A stretch of DNA of 64,000 nucleotides from Leptogorgia sarmentosa. Lineage: Eukaryota. The notes beneath the pieces were generated by a model. That model ran no database searches. It was not told the DNA's origin and saw only the letters and a list, made by a program, of their open reading frames with translations. Position 1 is the first letter of the stretch. Each line of letters starts with the position of its first letter. The DNA lies in the NCBI GenBank assembly GCA_964658305.1, contig OZ210885.1, positions 2,542,001 to 2,606,000 of the forward strand. Reading direction: 5' to 3'. Both the position numbers and the translations under genes were made by a program. Of this stretch, positions 46,901 to 59,378 are shown piece by piece.

Positions 46901-49900
46901 ATTAGGAATATGTTAAAAGCTTCAAAATAATGAAATCATATCTAGTAACAAGTAAACGAAACTTTTTGGTTGGCGGCAGCGATCTACGAAGGCTTTTGAC
47001 CGCCCGTCCGACCTTTTGGTATGTATTTATAGCTACAATTTCTAATGATGTTTCTGTCATTGTCGTTGTAGGAAAGAAATTTAGTACCTATACATTTTTG
47101 GCGACAGAAGATGTATCACTTGGTCCCCTTGGAAAGATCGAAAGTCAGGAATCAGGATGTAAAAAGAAATTCCAATGTTTTTCGCGAGGGTATCAGAGAA
47201 GTATCATTGTTTCCAGTACGGGAATTATCAGACTGATAAGAAAACCCTCATTGGGAACCCAATTCAACGATTTTGAAAAACCAACAAAAGTAAAGGTCAC
47301 GATCACCTGTTACTGTGGATATTATATTTCCAAATATGTTACAGTAAATTTATTCATTTTTCGTTACAACTTTGGTGACTCTATTCTGAAATCGTGCGTT
47401 GGTGAATTGGGAAGTTTGGTAAAAGAAAACAAAAAGTTGGACACCGGAAGAGGGATGGCAGGTTCTTTGCACAGGATGATGAGAATGGTATCCAAAGAAA
47501 AGGATCCTGAAACATTTAACGAAATGATGGCGTCTGCAAGAGTTGACGCTGCATTGGATGAAGCAATAAATGAAATTGTGAAAAGATACACAACAAAAGG
47601 TTCAGGTATATATACTAATTTATATATACATATTTATACAACATATTTAGTTGTTTAATAACTATTTAAGTGTTTTTTATTACAAAACATCACAGTTGAT
47701 ACTATTTTGTTTGGTTTTGGGGACAACAATTACTGTAGTCCGTTAATGAATTAATATAAGCCTTCGCTCGAGTACGTAAATTTAATTTCTTCGTAGTTGT
47801 GTCAATTTACTATTTCATCGTTAGTTCATTGTCTTATGAATAAATACTTGTAAATAACATTTGTAAACCCGTGTGTCTTCAAAATCACTTCATACTGTAT
47901 TTTTTCCTTGACAAGACGCCACGACAGGGTTAGATTTCCACACATATGTTTCTTCGCTTCCTTGAATAAACCTTCCGTACGCTTTAAATTTGTTATACTT
48001 TAAATTACATCAATTTTGGTTCATCAAAACAAAATTTGATAAAAGCCGGTCCCAATTATTTTGTTTGGCTACGCTTTTGGCTCAATTTACTCACAACAAA
48101 AGAATGTGAAACCTGCTATTCGGCAATACTAAATTTTAGAGTATGATCTTTATATCTTAATAATCTTAAAATTAATCTTTATGATCTTAATAACCTTAAA
48201 ATTGTATGTAGTTGATTCTTAATAGGTTCAACTTATCTCTTTGATGAGGACGACTCTTTACTCTGACAATACTCTTTCTGCCTCGCAATTTTGTATTTAA
48301 TTCATATAGTTCTCTTCGTTTTTACGTTGTTTGGTATACTTTCTTCAGTAGTTTTCTTTATAATAACTTCTTCCTTCGCTACAGTGATGCCACTCGCCTT
48401 TTGAATAATGCATATATGCAGTCTAGTTGTGCTCAGTCTTTTATGTGTAGAGTAGGGGAGAAACTGTAAAACTATAGGACTGGTTTCCTCTACGCAATTA
48501 TAGAATATGTTAAAGCAAGTTCTAGCGTTGTTTAATATTTGTTTATTGTCCACAAATTGACCAACGCTATGCCAAGTCATGTCCGCTACGTTAGTTGTGG
48601 GATTGGGGGTATTATTTTGTTATCTATTATAGAACTATTTGCTTATGTAAATCATAAAAGCCAATACAAAAATCTCCATTTCTACCTATTTCTAGAATTT
48701 TTTAGAAGTGCAAATTTCTAAACCTTTACTTTTAATACTCTTAATTTTAGAACAGCAAATTGTGTTTCGTTGGTCATTGAATTCGCTATTTTCAACACAA
48801 GCTTTACAACAATTGTCCAACGCTGCGCAATGTAATAGAAAACCTACTCCAAGATGTCTCAGCAATGATCAATATAGAACAATCGATGGAACGTGTAATA
48901 ACCTCAACAATCCTTTGTTTGGCTCAGCGCCTACAGGACTCAATCGTTTATTACCTGCAAGATATTTCGATCCCGACGGATTCAAAGATCCCATTGGATT
49001 TCCTGGTCAAAATAATGTCCCAGATATTCCAGAGACGTTTAAAGTTGTTAAAGAGTTTATCGCAGAACAGAGGAAATCTCAGAAGACTGTTAGAAAGCTT
49101 TCTCACTTGGTCATGCAATTTGGACAATTCTTAGACCATGATTTGGATCTCTCTCCTGAAAGCGAAAATTCTGACAGGTGCATGAAGACAAGGTAGGTGT
49201 TCCTAAGATCTGGAGTGGTAAAAGTTGATAGTTGCTTGTAAAACTCATGTATTCGAAGCTCCTTTGACATTATTCCTTTTTAGTATAATTTAAGTGTGGA
49301 AAATATAATTCTGACATTTAGCAAAAAGTTTTAGGATTTTAGAAGGTTTCGCGATGAAAATCCGGAGTCTGGAGACGAAAAGAAATTTATTTGCGGTGTG
49401 GTTTGGCCGGGCATAGACTTACAAGGCAGGGGGGGGTGCGAGAAGGCGCCAGCTCCCTCAGTTTTGTCAGAAATATTAGTTAGTCGGACAATTTCTTCTC
49501 AGTTAAAAGTCGGATTAATTGATATTCCTAACATTTTTCTTCTTCGTGTCTCACAGGCTCCATGCACAAAATCTCGCCCCCAAAATGCAGGAAATGGCAT
49601 TTTAGAGGCTCTATTTTTCAAAAATATTCCCGAGGGAGTATACACTCGGACCCTCCTAGCATCTCCTCCTTCTGTGGGCAAACTGACGTCCGCCCCACTA
49701 ATATTTTTAACTCCGTACGTCCGTGTGTACGAGGCAGCAAATTGACGGAGCATATATTTTGCATACAATGACGATCATCCAGTTTGCATATATTTTCATA
49801 CAACATACTTATTTTACAACGGAAGTCGTTTTAATTGATATTTTTTTGTTTCAAAGCGGCGATGGATCAAAAGAAGATTTTCGTGCACCTTGCTACACAA

Positions 49901-52900
49901 TCCTACCATTTGGCAACTTCAAGCCCATTCATTTTACAAGATCTGCAAGCGAATGTATTATTAATAGAAAAAACCGGATAACGACTAAACAACAAATAAA
50001 CGTAAACACGGCGTTTATTGATGGCTCGCAAATTTATGGATCCAGCAAAGATTTGGAAAAAATGTTAAGAGATTGTCGAAGTAAGTATGCCATGGAAGTA
50101 TAAATGCAAAATGTAAAACTAAATTAGATTCTAAATTTTCGTCAAAAGGGCTTTTTAGTAGCTCCTGCAGATGCATCTGTTTAACTTTTTTTAAGATGCA
50201 TGTTGGTTACTATTTTTGAACAACGTGATAAATTACATATTACGCGATTACATGCCTTATAGCTACACAGCTGATTTCGAGAAACTGTGTTTCTGAAAAT
50301 TTTGAGTAGTTTTTGTGTAAATTAGAAATAATAGTTCAGTAGCTAGATGCCGCCTCCCTTTCACGATTAATTTAGTCCCTAGTACACCATACAAACAACA
50401 AAGGTATGTGCGTCTTTTTATCAGATGGTGATAAAGGATTGCTCAAGACAAGTTGGAGAGTCGTTGGAACTTTTCTTCCTGAAGATAACAGCAAGATGAT
50501 GCATTTTCCCAACAATCTGTGCCAGCCTAAGTGCTTCCTAGCTGGTGATATCCGAACCAATGAACAGATGGTTCTTACTTCTATGCACACCTTGTTTGTC
50601 CGAGAACACAACAGAATTGCACGAAAACTACAGCAGCTCAACCCGCACTGGAACGGTGAGAAGATCTACCAGGAAACAAGAAAAATCGTTGGAGCTGTTT
50701 TACAGAAAGTTGCATATGAAGATTTTCTACCAATCATCATTGGCAACACTCTTCCAGACTATAAGAATTATGATGATAAAGTCAACCCCAGTATTCTTAA
50801 TTCCTTTTCTACAGCTGCATTTAGATTTGGACACAGCTTGATCCGACCAACATTTGATCGATTGGATGAAGGTTTCAATCCAACAGGAGATCCTCTACCG
50901 TTACGTCAACTATTTTTCAACAACACTTTCATCAACAAGTTTGGCGTAGAACCATTGCTATTGGGCTTGCTTGGAAACGAGTCTCAAACAGTCGACCGTC
51001 AGCTAGCAGATGGAATATTGAATAACTTATTTGAACGTCCATCATCTCCTGGTTTAAACCTGGCGGCACTGAATATCCAGCGAGGCAGAGATCACGGCTT
51101 ACCTGGTTATAACGCGTTTAGGGTGCGATGTGGTTTGAAGAATGCAACATCCTTCACTGATACATCGAAAGAAATCGTTGATTTAAAAAACAGGAAACTG
51201 CTCTCACGGTTATATAATGATGACCCAAACCTGGCTGATTTATGGGTGGCAGGTCTTGCAGAAGCACCCGCTAATGGCGGAATTGTTGGTGCAACATTTG
51301 GATGTATTATTCGCGAACAAATGAAACGCGTAAGAGATGGTGACAGATTTTTCTACGAGAAGAAAGGTGTCTTTTCAGACGAACAGTTGAAAGAGATTAG
51401 AAAGACAGAGTTTTCAAGGATCCTGTGTGATAATTTGAAGAATATCGTCTCTGTGCAAAGAGACTCATTCCAGGCTGGCACAAGATATAACCGTGTATCT
51501 TGTAGTAGAATATCTGGCATTGATCTGAACAAATGGAAAAGTGGTAACGGAGGATCGTCAGGTATGTCCAGATGAAAGAGTTTTTTAAACAAAATCTCAT
51601 ATCCTTTAAATCCAGAGAAAACAATTCTGCATGTTCAAATCTTTACAGTGGATATAGGCTTTGGACGAAATGTTAGATATCATGCAAGACAATAATTATA
51701 TAGAGATTTCACTATGAAAACACACCTAAGGTTTGCAAGCTTTTGCATTCACACTGAAATATCAATTTTACAACACTGGCAAAACCCCAGTTTCCCTATT
51801 AATATTGCCCTCGAACAAAATGTTATTGATTAGCGCATGCCCTCTTTATAATGACGAGTATTGCAATGAAAATTAAAGTGTTACATGTGTTCTTTTGTCA
51901 TGGCAAGTAAGTGAGAGAGTATGCCAATCATCCATATTTGCAGCTCAGAGCTAGGCTAATTGGGAAATACGCAGGTAAACATGATGGAGTGGAAAGAATT
52001 CTAAAGACCCGTTTACACTTGCAGCTGTCACTGCGATTTCTAGCGCGATTTTCTCCTTTTGACGGATGTGAATGAGTGAACTAGTTGTCCACTATAAGCA
52101 CCTTCATTATTAATCCACTCATTCGCATCCGTGAAAAGGAGAAAATTAATCGCACTGCAGTCAAAGTTGCAAGTGTAAACGGGCCTTAATGCCTGATGGC
52201 AATTTCTCCTCAATTTCCATCATCAAAAAGGAGGGAAAGTTTTACTCACTACCTAAGGATAGGATACGTTTTAACGTTTCGTGCAAAATCCTGGGTCTTC
52301 GCTCGAAAATTAGCCTTTTTGCATTTCTATCCTGTATCCACAGTATTTTTCAAATTTAGCTAATTATCATGCACGTGAAGAAACACATTCTAAATATTAT
52401 TGAAGAAATTGCGAATAAATGTTATTCTAACGTCAGCACTAGATCTTAGACTCAATTTTTTTGAGGTTACAGCCTAATGGAAAAAAAGGAAAATGATCTG
52501 TTCAAGCTAGTGCAAACAATAACGATCACCTCATTAATACTAACCAACCCTGTTGAGATACATCATGAATCCTCTTTCTCGCATACGGACATCTTTACAT
52601 ATACAATGCTTTCTTGACGTTAAGGTGGATATTCCTGCCCTGGTTGTTTGAAAGGAATATTTGATGGCAAATTTTGTACTCGAACTTGTGAATGCAAACA
52701 GTGCCGGCATGGACATTGTTATGGCAGTTATATCTGTGGCGAAAGAATGGTAAGTACGAATTAAAAATGTATAATTTTTTATTTATTTATAAAAGAAAAT
52801 TTAATATATGATGTAATTTACTGAAAAATATACGTCAATAATAAGTCAATACATTGACTCCATAATCAAACCAACTTAATAACTGTGGTATCTATAGGAT

Positions 52901-53833
52901 TCTCTGTATAAATGGCGAAGTTCGCTTCCTATTTGTTTCTTATATACCGGTATGTCGCTACTTTTCTGTGTTGAATCAATAGACCAAATGACGCCAAGTT
53001 GGTGCAAATTGGTCCCGAGCATTGAAAATCTGAATTATAAATATTGGATTTCCTATAATATTATAACTCAAATTCAAATTGTCGGCAATCAAAAGTTTTA
53101 GTTTACGTCACGTGAAATATGATTTTCCACTTCTAGCCATATTCAAAACCACGCGTATTGCGAATGCCGACACCGGCCCGAGAGATATAGCTATATGTAG
53201 TCATCTCACGGGACATCGGTATCTCATGCCATACGCAAAATCCACGGAGTTAAAAAAATATAGCGGTAGCCGAAGAGACGAATGAAGTTTTTGAGGAAAT
53301 TAAATGAATTGTGGAAGGAAAAGACGCCAGAAATACCAAAAATGCAACAAAATCTGCCACGAACAATTTAAAACGAACATTTGAAAGATGGTTTATGTAA
53401 ATGTTTGTGAAATCATGTCACATGGTACAATAGGTACAAATTTACCTGTTCATATTAATATGCTGTTTTGAATATTTCATGAACATTTTAGTCTTTCGGT
53501 ATAATATATCATCTCCTTCAGTGATAATATCCCTCGGGCTAAAACCCTTGGAAATGCCATCACTTCAGGAAATATTTCGACGAATATCTACCCCTCGTTC
53601 CGGGTGAATAAATGATAATTAGCAATACTTGAAAATGAATAACCACTACATCTGGGATCAATGCCCTTCATGAAGCAGCAATATCTTTTAGTGCGAGCAA
53701 ACAAATTAAAGTTTTGGTGAATCTAACGTTTTTTCTTTATTAGTGTTCTGGCTATCGGACGTCCATGTTCAATCGTTGTGGAAATGACATTACAAATGTT
53801 GTCGACAAAAACTGGCGAAAATTGGGTAAATGA
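43944..53833 (+). CDS. Secreted animal heme peroxidase (peroxidase-cyclooxygenase superfamily; peroxidasin/MPO-like)
   Basis: Exons 43944-44004 (signal peptide MKFSLLLIWLFSLGFLPSNE), 47072-47605, 48751-49192, 49857-50080, 50425-51561, 52625-52749, 53744-53833; phases compatible. Motifs: YRTIDGTCNN, FGQFLDHD (distal His), TAFIDGSQIYG, GDIRTNEQ (distal Arg/Glu), FRFGHS (proximal His), NIQRGRDHG, RDGDRFFYE. The last two exons are less certain. Confidence 0.9.
45333..46326. mobile_element. hAT-like MITE in peroxidase intron 1
   Basis: TIR cagggccgtagc / gctacggccctg; perfect 8-bp TSD ccctaatc. Confidence 0.88.
52003..52188. mobile_element. PIF/Harbinger-like MITE
   Basis: TIR gacccgtttacacttgca / tgcaagtgtaaacgggcc; TAA-type flanks. 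Confidence 0.65.
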
Positions 53834-55555
53834 AAATGGAGAAGAGAACTTTATATAATCGCAGTCAAAGTTGCATGTGTAAACGGGCCTTGCAATTGAT
53901 GCCTGATGGCAATTTCTCCTCAATTTCCATTATCAAAAAGGAGGGAAAGTTTTACCCACTACCTAAGGATAGGATACGTTTTAACGTTTCGTCGAAAATC
54001 CTGGGTCTTCGTTCAAAAATTAGCCTTTTTGCATTTCTATCCTGTATCCACAGTATTTTTCAAATTTACTGAGCTAATTATCATGCACGTGAAGAAACAC
54101 ATTCTAAATATTATTGAAGAAATTGCGAATAAATGTTATTCTAACGTCAGCACTAGATCTTAGACTCAATTTTTTTGAGGTTACAGCCTAATGGAAAATA
54201 AAGGAAAATGATCTGTTCAAGTGCAAACAATAACGATCACCTCATTAATACTAACCAACCCTGTTGAGATCCATCATGAATCCTCTTTCTCGCATACGGA
54301 CATCTTTACATATACAATGCTTTTTTGACGTTAAGGTGGATATTCCTGTCCTGGTTGTTTGAAAGGAAGATTTTATGGCAAATTTTGTACTCGAACTTGT
54401 GAATGCAAACAGTGCCGGCATGGACACTGTTATGGCACTTATGTCTGTGGCGAAAGAACAGTAAGTATGAAAAATGTGTAATTTATCAATTAAGTAAAAG
54501 AAATTTTAGCTAATATATGATGTAATTTATCTGAAAAATACATCTACACGCAATAAGTCTACATTGACTCCATAATCACACCAATTTATTAACTGTGGTA
54601 TCAATAGGACTCTCTGTATAAATGGCGAAGTTCGCATCCTATTCGTTTCTGATATAAGCTCTACTTTACTGTGTTGAATCAATACACCTAATGACGCCAA
54701 GTTGGTGCAAATTGCATGGTCCCGAGCATTAAAAATCTGAATTATAAATATTGGATTTCCTATAATTCTATACCTCAAATTCAAAATTGTCCAATCAAAA
54801 GTTTTAGTTTACGTGACGTGAACATGTGATTTTTCACCGCAGCAATTCATTCAAAACCACGCGTATTGCGAATGCCGAGAAATATAGCTATATAGGTAGC
54901 ATCTCACGGGACATCGGTAGTCGGTAGATGCCAAATATATCTCATGACATACGCAAAATCCACGGAGTTAAACAAATATAGCGGGAGCCGAAGAGACGAA
55001 TGAAGTTTTTGAAGAAAGAAAAGACGCCAGAAATACCAAAAATGCAACAAAATCTGCCACGAACATTTAAAGCGAACATTTGAAAGATGGTTTATAGAAA
55101 TGTTTGTGAAATCATGAGTTAAAATCCTTTTCGATAAAATAGGTACAAATTTACCTGTTCATATTATGCCTTTTTTGAATATTTCATGAACAATTTAGTT
55201 TTTCGGTATAATATATCATTTCCTATCCCTAGCTCGGGCTAAAACCCTTGGAAATGCCATCACTTCAGGAAATATTTCGACGAATATCTACCCCTCGTTC
55301 CGGGTGAATAAATGATGATCAGCAATACTTGAAAATGGATAACTACACTACATCTGCGATCAATGCCCTTCATGAAGCAGCAATATCTTTTAGTGCGAGC
55401 AAACAAATTAAAGTTTTAGTGAATCTAACGTTTTTTCTTTATTAGTGTTCTCACAATCGGACGTCCATGTTCAATCGTTGTGGAAATGACATTACAAATG
55501 TTGTCGACAAAAACTGGCGAAAATTGGGTAAATGAAAATGGAGAAGAGAACTTTG
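52150..55555 (+). repeat. ~1.7-kb tandem duplication of the peroxidase terminal exon pair
   Basis: Unit 1 ~52150-53855, unit 2 ~53857-55555; duplicate exons 54336-54460 and 55446-55535 retain splice sites and an open frame. Confidence 0.92.
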
Positions 55556-58500
55556 AAAAGTAGAAACTGGTAGTAAATATAGCAAAAGAACATTGGCAGT
55601 GCATGTTCTGGTTAAAAAGGAAATTATTTGGCCATGTGATTATTCATTTCCACATTAACATTGTTTTACATTATTAAATTACCTTCATTTTGGAAAATGG
55701 TTCCATAATCTCATCTATTATAATGCTCGAAAATTTCAACTATCCCCCTTCGCCCTGAAACTTGATTTATGTATATGGCTGTTCTAATTGTGCTATGCTC
55801 TGGATTTTTTCTGCTGCCTGATGTGACCTAATATCTCCAACAAAGCGCCGCGAATCTTACTTAGCATACAGGCATCACGGGTTCAGTTTGTTAAATGCTG
55901 AATGCTCATCCTGATGACGACAACCTCATCCCAAAAGCTCAATGTCATGCATTGTTATGTCACACATGCATGCAAGTGTCATTAAACTTAAATTTGAAAT
56001 GTTTTTAAAAGAAACTATATAGTCGATATTTTGATTTTACACAAATTTCGTCTTTGAAATAAAGCCATTAAGCCGATATTCGTTTGTATTCTTTTAAATC
56101 TAAAGTTCGTTAAAGTGTTTTGAAATAATAAAAAGGTAGCTACTCTTACACTTACAAAACGTAAAATTTCTACGGATTTTTCCTGTTGACTGAAATTGGT
56201 GAATTTATTAAATGTTGTGGTCATTGCACACTGAGAATTTTATATTATTTGACCTGATATAGATATGTTCGAGACGTTTTTCTTCTGATTTGAACATCGG
56301 TTGAAGTATTTTGTGTTGTACACTCAAATTAAACCAAATGACTTGACGCACCATCGAGGGCCCTTTCTCAACGTGCTGTGACAAAACCGTTCATGGGTGG
56401 GCCATCTGTACAGTGCTCTGCATGTACGCATTTCATGTTGCGCAATAGATCGAGAGCAATTTACAAATCGAAACACCGATAAAACAGCACGCTGCCGTTT
56501 CAAATGCTTTGTTAAATTACAACTGCACATTGACAGGGACCTGTAAAGTTAATATTGTTTGCCTAAACCGTCGTACTTAAACACTGCACTTCACATTTAC
56601 GCAAAAATCCCATCGAAACATCGCCTTCACTCCTCGGATATACTTTATTTTTTGTTTAGAGTCGGAATTTAGAGTTGCCCGCACATAGCCCGCCTATTCA
56701 CGGACAAATTGCCAAAGCTCGTACGTGTCCGTGACCGGACAAATAACAACTGCGTATATATAACCATGGTGAAATACTCGTCAAATGTGCAGTTCGATGC
56801 TTTGTACCTACAAGTACAGTTAGATATCGCTACCAATTTACACTGCCTAAAGCCTAACGCCATATACATTTTATATTCGACATGGTTATAATAAATACGA
56901 CGTAAATCTAAAATCGTTTAGTATTATAAATACGACGTTTATCGGTTTAAAAATACGACTAAATGCAAAATGTGAAAGAAATATACTAAATAATATAGAA
57001 ACAATGCTCTGGAATTAAGTTTTACACTGCAGCAGTTGCATCCGTGGTTATATATACCATTTTCACGTAGTAAAACATACCACACCTTCACTTTCCGCCA
57101 TATTGAATTTTAACTCGATGGAGACATGGGCCACAGATTATGAGTACCAGATCCAGATGAATGACTGCAGCCCAGTGATTTATATAGAGTTCACTGAATC
57201 ACTGCCGCAGCCAAAAAGCGTAAGGGGCCCCGTCACTGCGCATCGCTTGTTGCGCATAGCAAGTGACTTGAGGCATTCACCCCCCCCCCCCGACAAATTT
57301 CAAAACGTCTGGTAGATCGCCAGTAGGTTACTAAGGCAACCAGAACGCATCGAGGATGCCCGCCATCACTTGACTGGTACAACTCCTAGCTGACAATTGG
57401 CGTTCAGGACTCTCAGAGAGCAGGGAGATGCAGATCGATGCCTAGACCATATGTGATAAGCACCTTGTCCCTTATAGGCAATGCCGTAGGATTTGAACCG
57501 ATAAGATATGTACATGTTTCGTATTTATAACCGTTATACACTCGAGGCATGGTTGTTGTGGCACTCGCAAAATTTGTTTTTATTTTTTCTTCGTTTTTTT
57601 CAACATCCCAACATTGGGTTAAAAAGCAAGAATAGTCAAGGAAGAAGCAAAAAAAGATTTTGGGGGTGAAAAAAACTGCATAATGCTAAGCAATGACGTG
57701 AAATTCATTGCGCATGCGCATGCTTAGATATTGTACAGAAACATCAATCAAAATCGTTTACCTAAATCTTGATAGGTAAATCATTCAGCTAATATTACTG
57801 GCGCACAGTGGTCGTGGTTTACATTTTACTGAGCTACATCCGGGGACTGGACGTTCAGGCATCGAACTTTTTATGCGTGTAAACTAATGCGAACGACCCT
57901 AAACGAAAAGGGTGGTAAAAGGTGGTACAATCACGTTTCAAAATTTCACGTTTGAAAATGCGATTTAACGCATTGTTTCATAGAGCGTTTTTATCGACAA
58001 TCACGGCTCACGGTGGCAATTCAAATCACGTTTGACGACGCAAAATTTAATCATTTTAGTTCATGACAGCAATTGTGACCATTCACCGATCAAGAAAATA
58101 CCCTTTACTACCCTCAACAAACAACGTTGAATTAATCCTCTAACTCTAAAAGTGAAAAAATCGTCCGGAAGCAATTTCCTTTAGTATTGAAATGCGTTTG
58201 AAAACCTAATTTTTAAATCGCATTAATAGTTAGAGATATTAATACAGGATAAGGTTTCCGCAAAAGACTGCATTAAAATCAGATTCTTTATTTGGTAATA
58301 GTTGGGGAATATGATCATATTAGGCGCACAGATTCATGTATTTCTGCTCAATCCCAGTCCCTATCCCTTAATTCCTTCCATGAAGCGACTTTCATGATCC
58401 GTAACAAAAATAGTCAACGATATAACCAATGGCAAAAACGTTTTTATTATCCCATTCGAAAGAAGGTTTAAATTATGTATTAAACAATTTTAGAGTTTTA

Positions 58501-59378
58501 ATTTCTCATCTTGCTTGATTCTAATACATATTTAGCTGAAATTTCGGATCGGACCCATTCAAATTTAAAACTACCATATTCTTTGACGTTAATTGACTAT
58601 AATAATTTCAAAATCCTTCGAATTTTTTGGTGAAAAAATAGGGTCTGTTTAAATGGTCCGTCTTTGCCGAAACGGGTTTTGTATTTGTCTATTCATTTTT
58701 GAACCGTCCTCTAATCACCATAAAACGTGACTTAAATTGATGTGTTCTGCTTTGTTTAACTCCCACAAAACAGGAAAAACTGGAGCATTGTTTGGACTAA
58801 CTTGAATGTCAATACTTTTTGTATGCCACTTATACTGAGGTGAAATACGATTACTGGTAATATCATTTCATTCACAAAAGTACAGCGTCTCCAAAAAAGG
58901 CTACCCTTTCAATTGCAGCACTAGTGCCGCATGTTCGAATTTGAATGTTTTTAACTCCCTCATTAGCGCAAGAATGATTAAAACGCCAGAGCAGAGAATT
59001 TTAATATGCTTGCATTGCAAAACAATTAAATTGATCCGCTAAAATAACACAAAATAGAGGGTGTATAAAATAAGTGAACCTTTTCACATTTAAATTAGGC
59101 ATATCGCATTGTAGTGTTTTCACATGGTTAATCCATCAAGCTCGTTAACTTTATATGCATGCGCACATTAAAATACACATCCCAAGTTCTTCCACACTCT
59201 GGCACACGAAATTTAATAATACCTTCATTGAGACGCATGCATGCATGCTCAGATAGATTTACAACGTAGTTTGACACTTTGTCCCATGAGTAAAGAAGAT
59301 CTTGCATGTACTCTTGCCCAACATTAATTCAAAGCACTTAATTAACCATGTCAAAAAAAACTACAACACGTTACAGCT

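Noticed and set aside
51648..51730. Extra internal peroxidase exon after acceptor tttacag
   Set aside because: In the required phase it hits a stop after ~15 codons, so it is at most an alternative terminal exon; unsupported.
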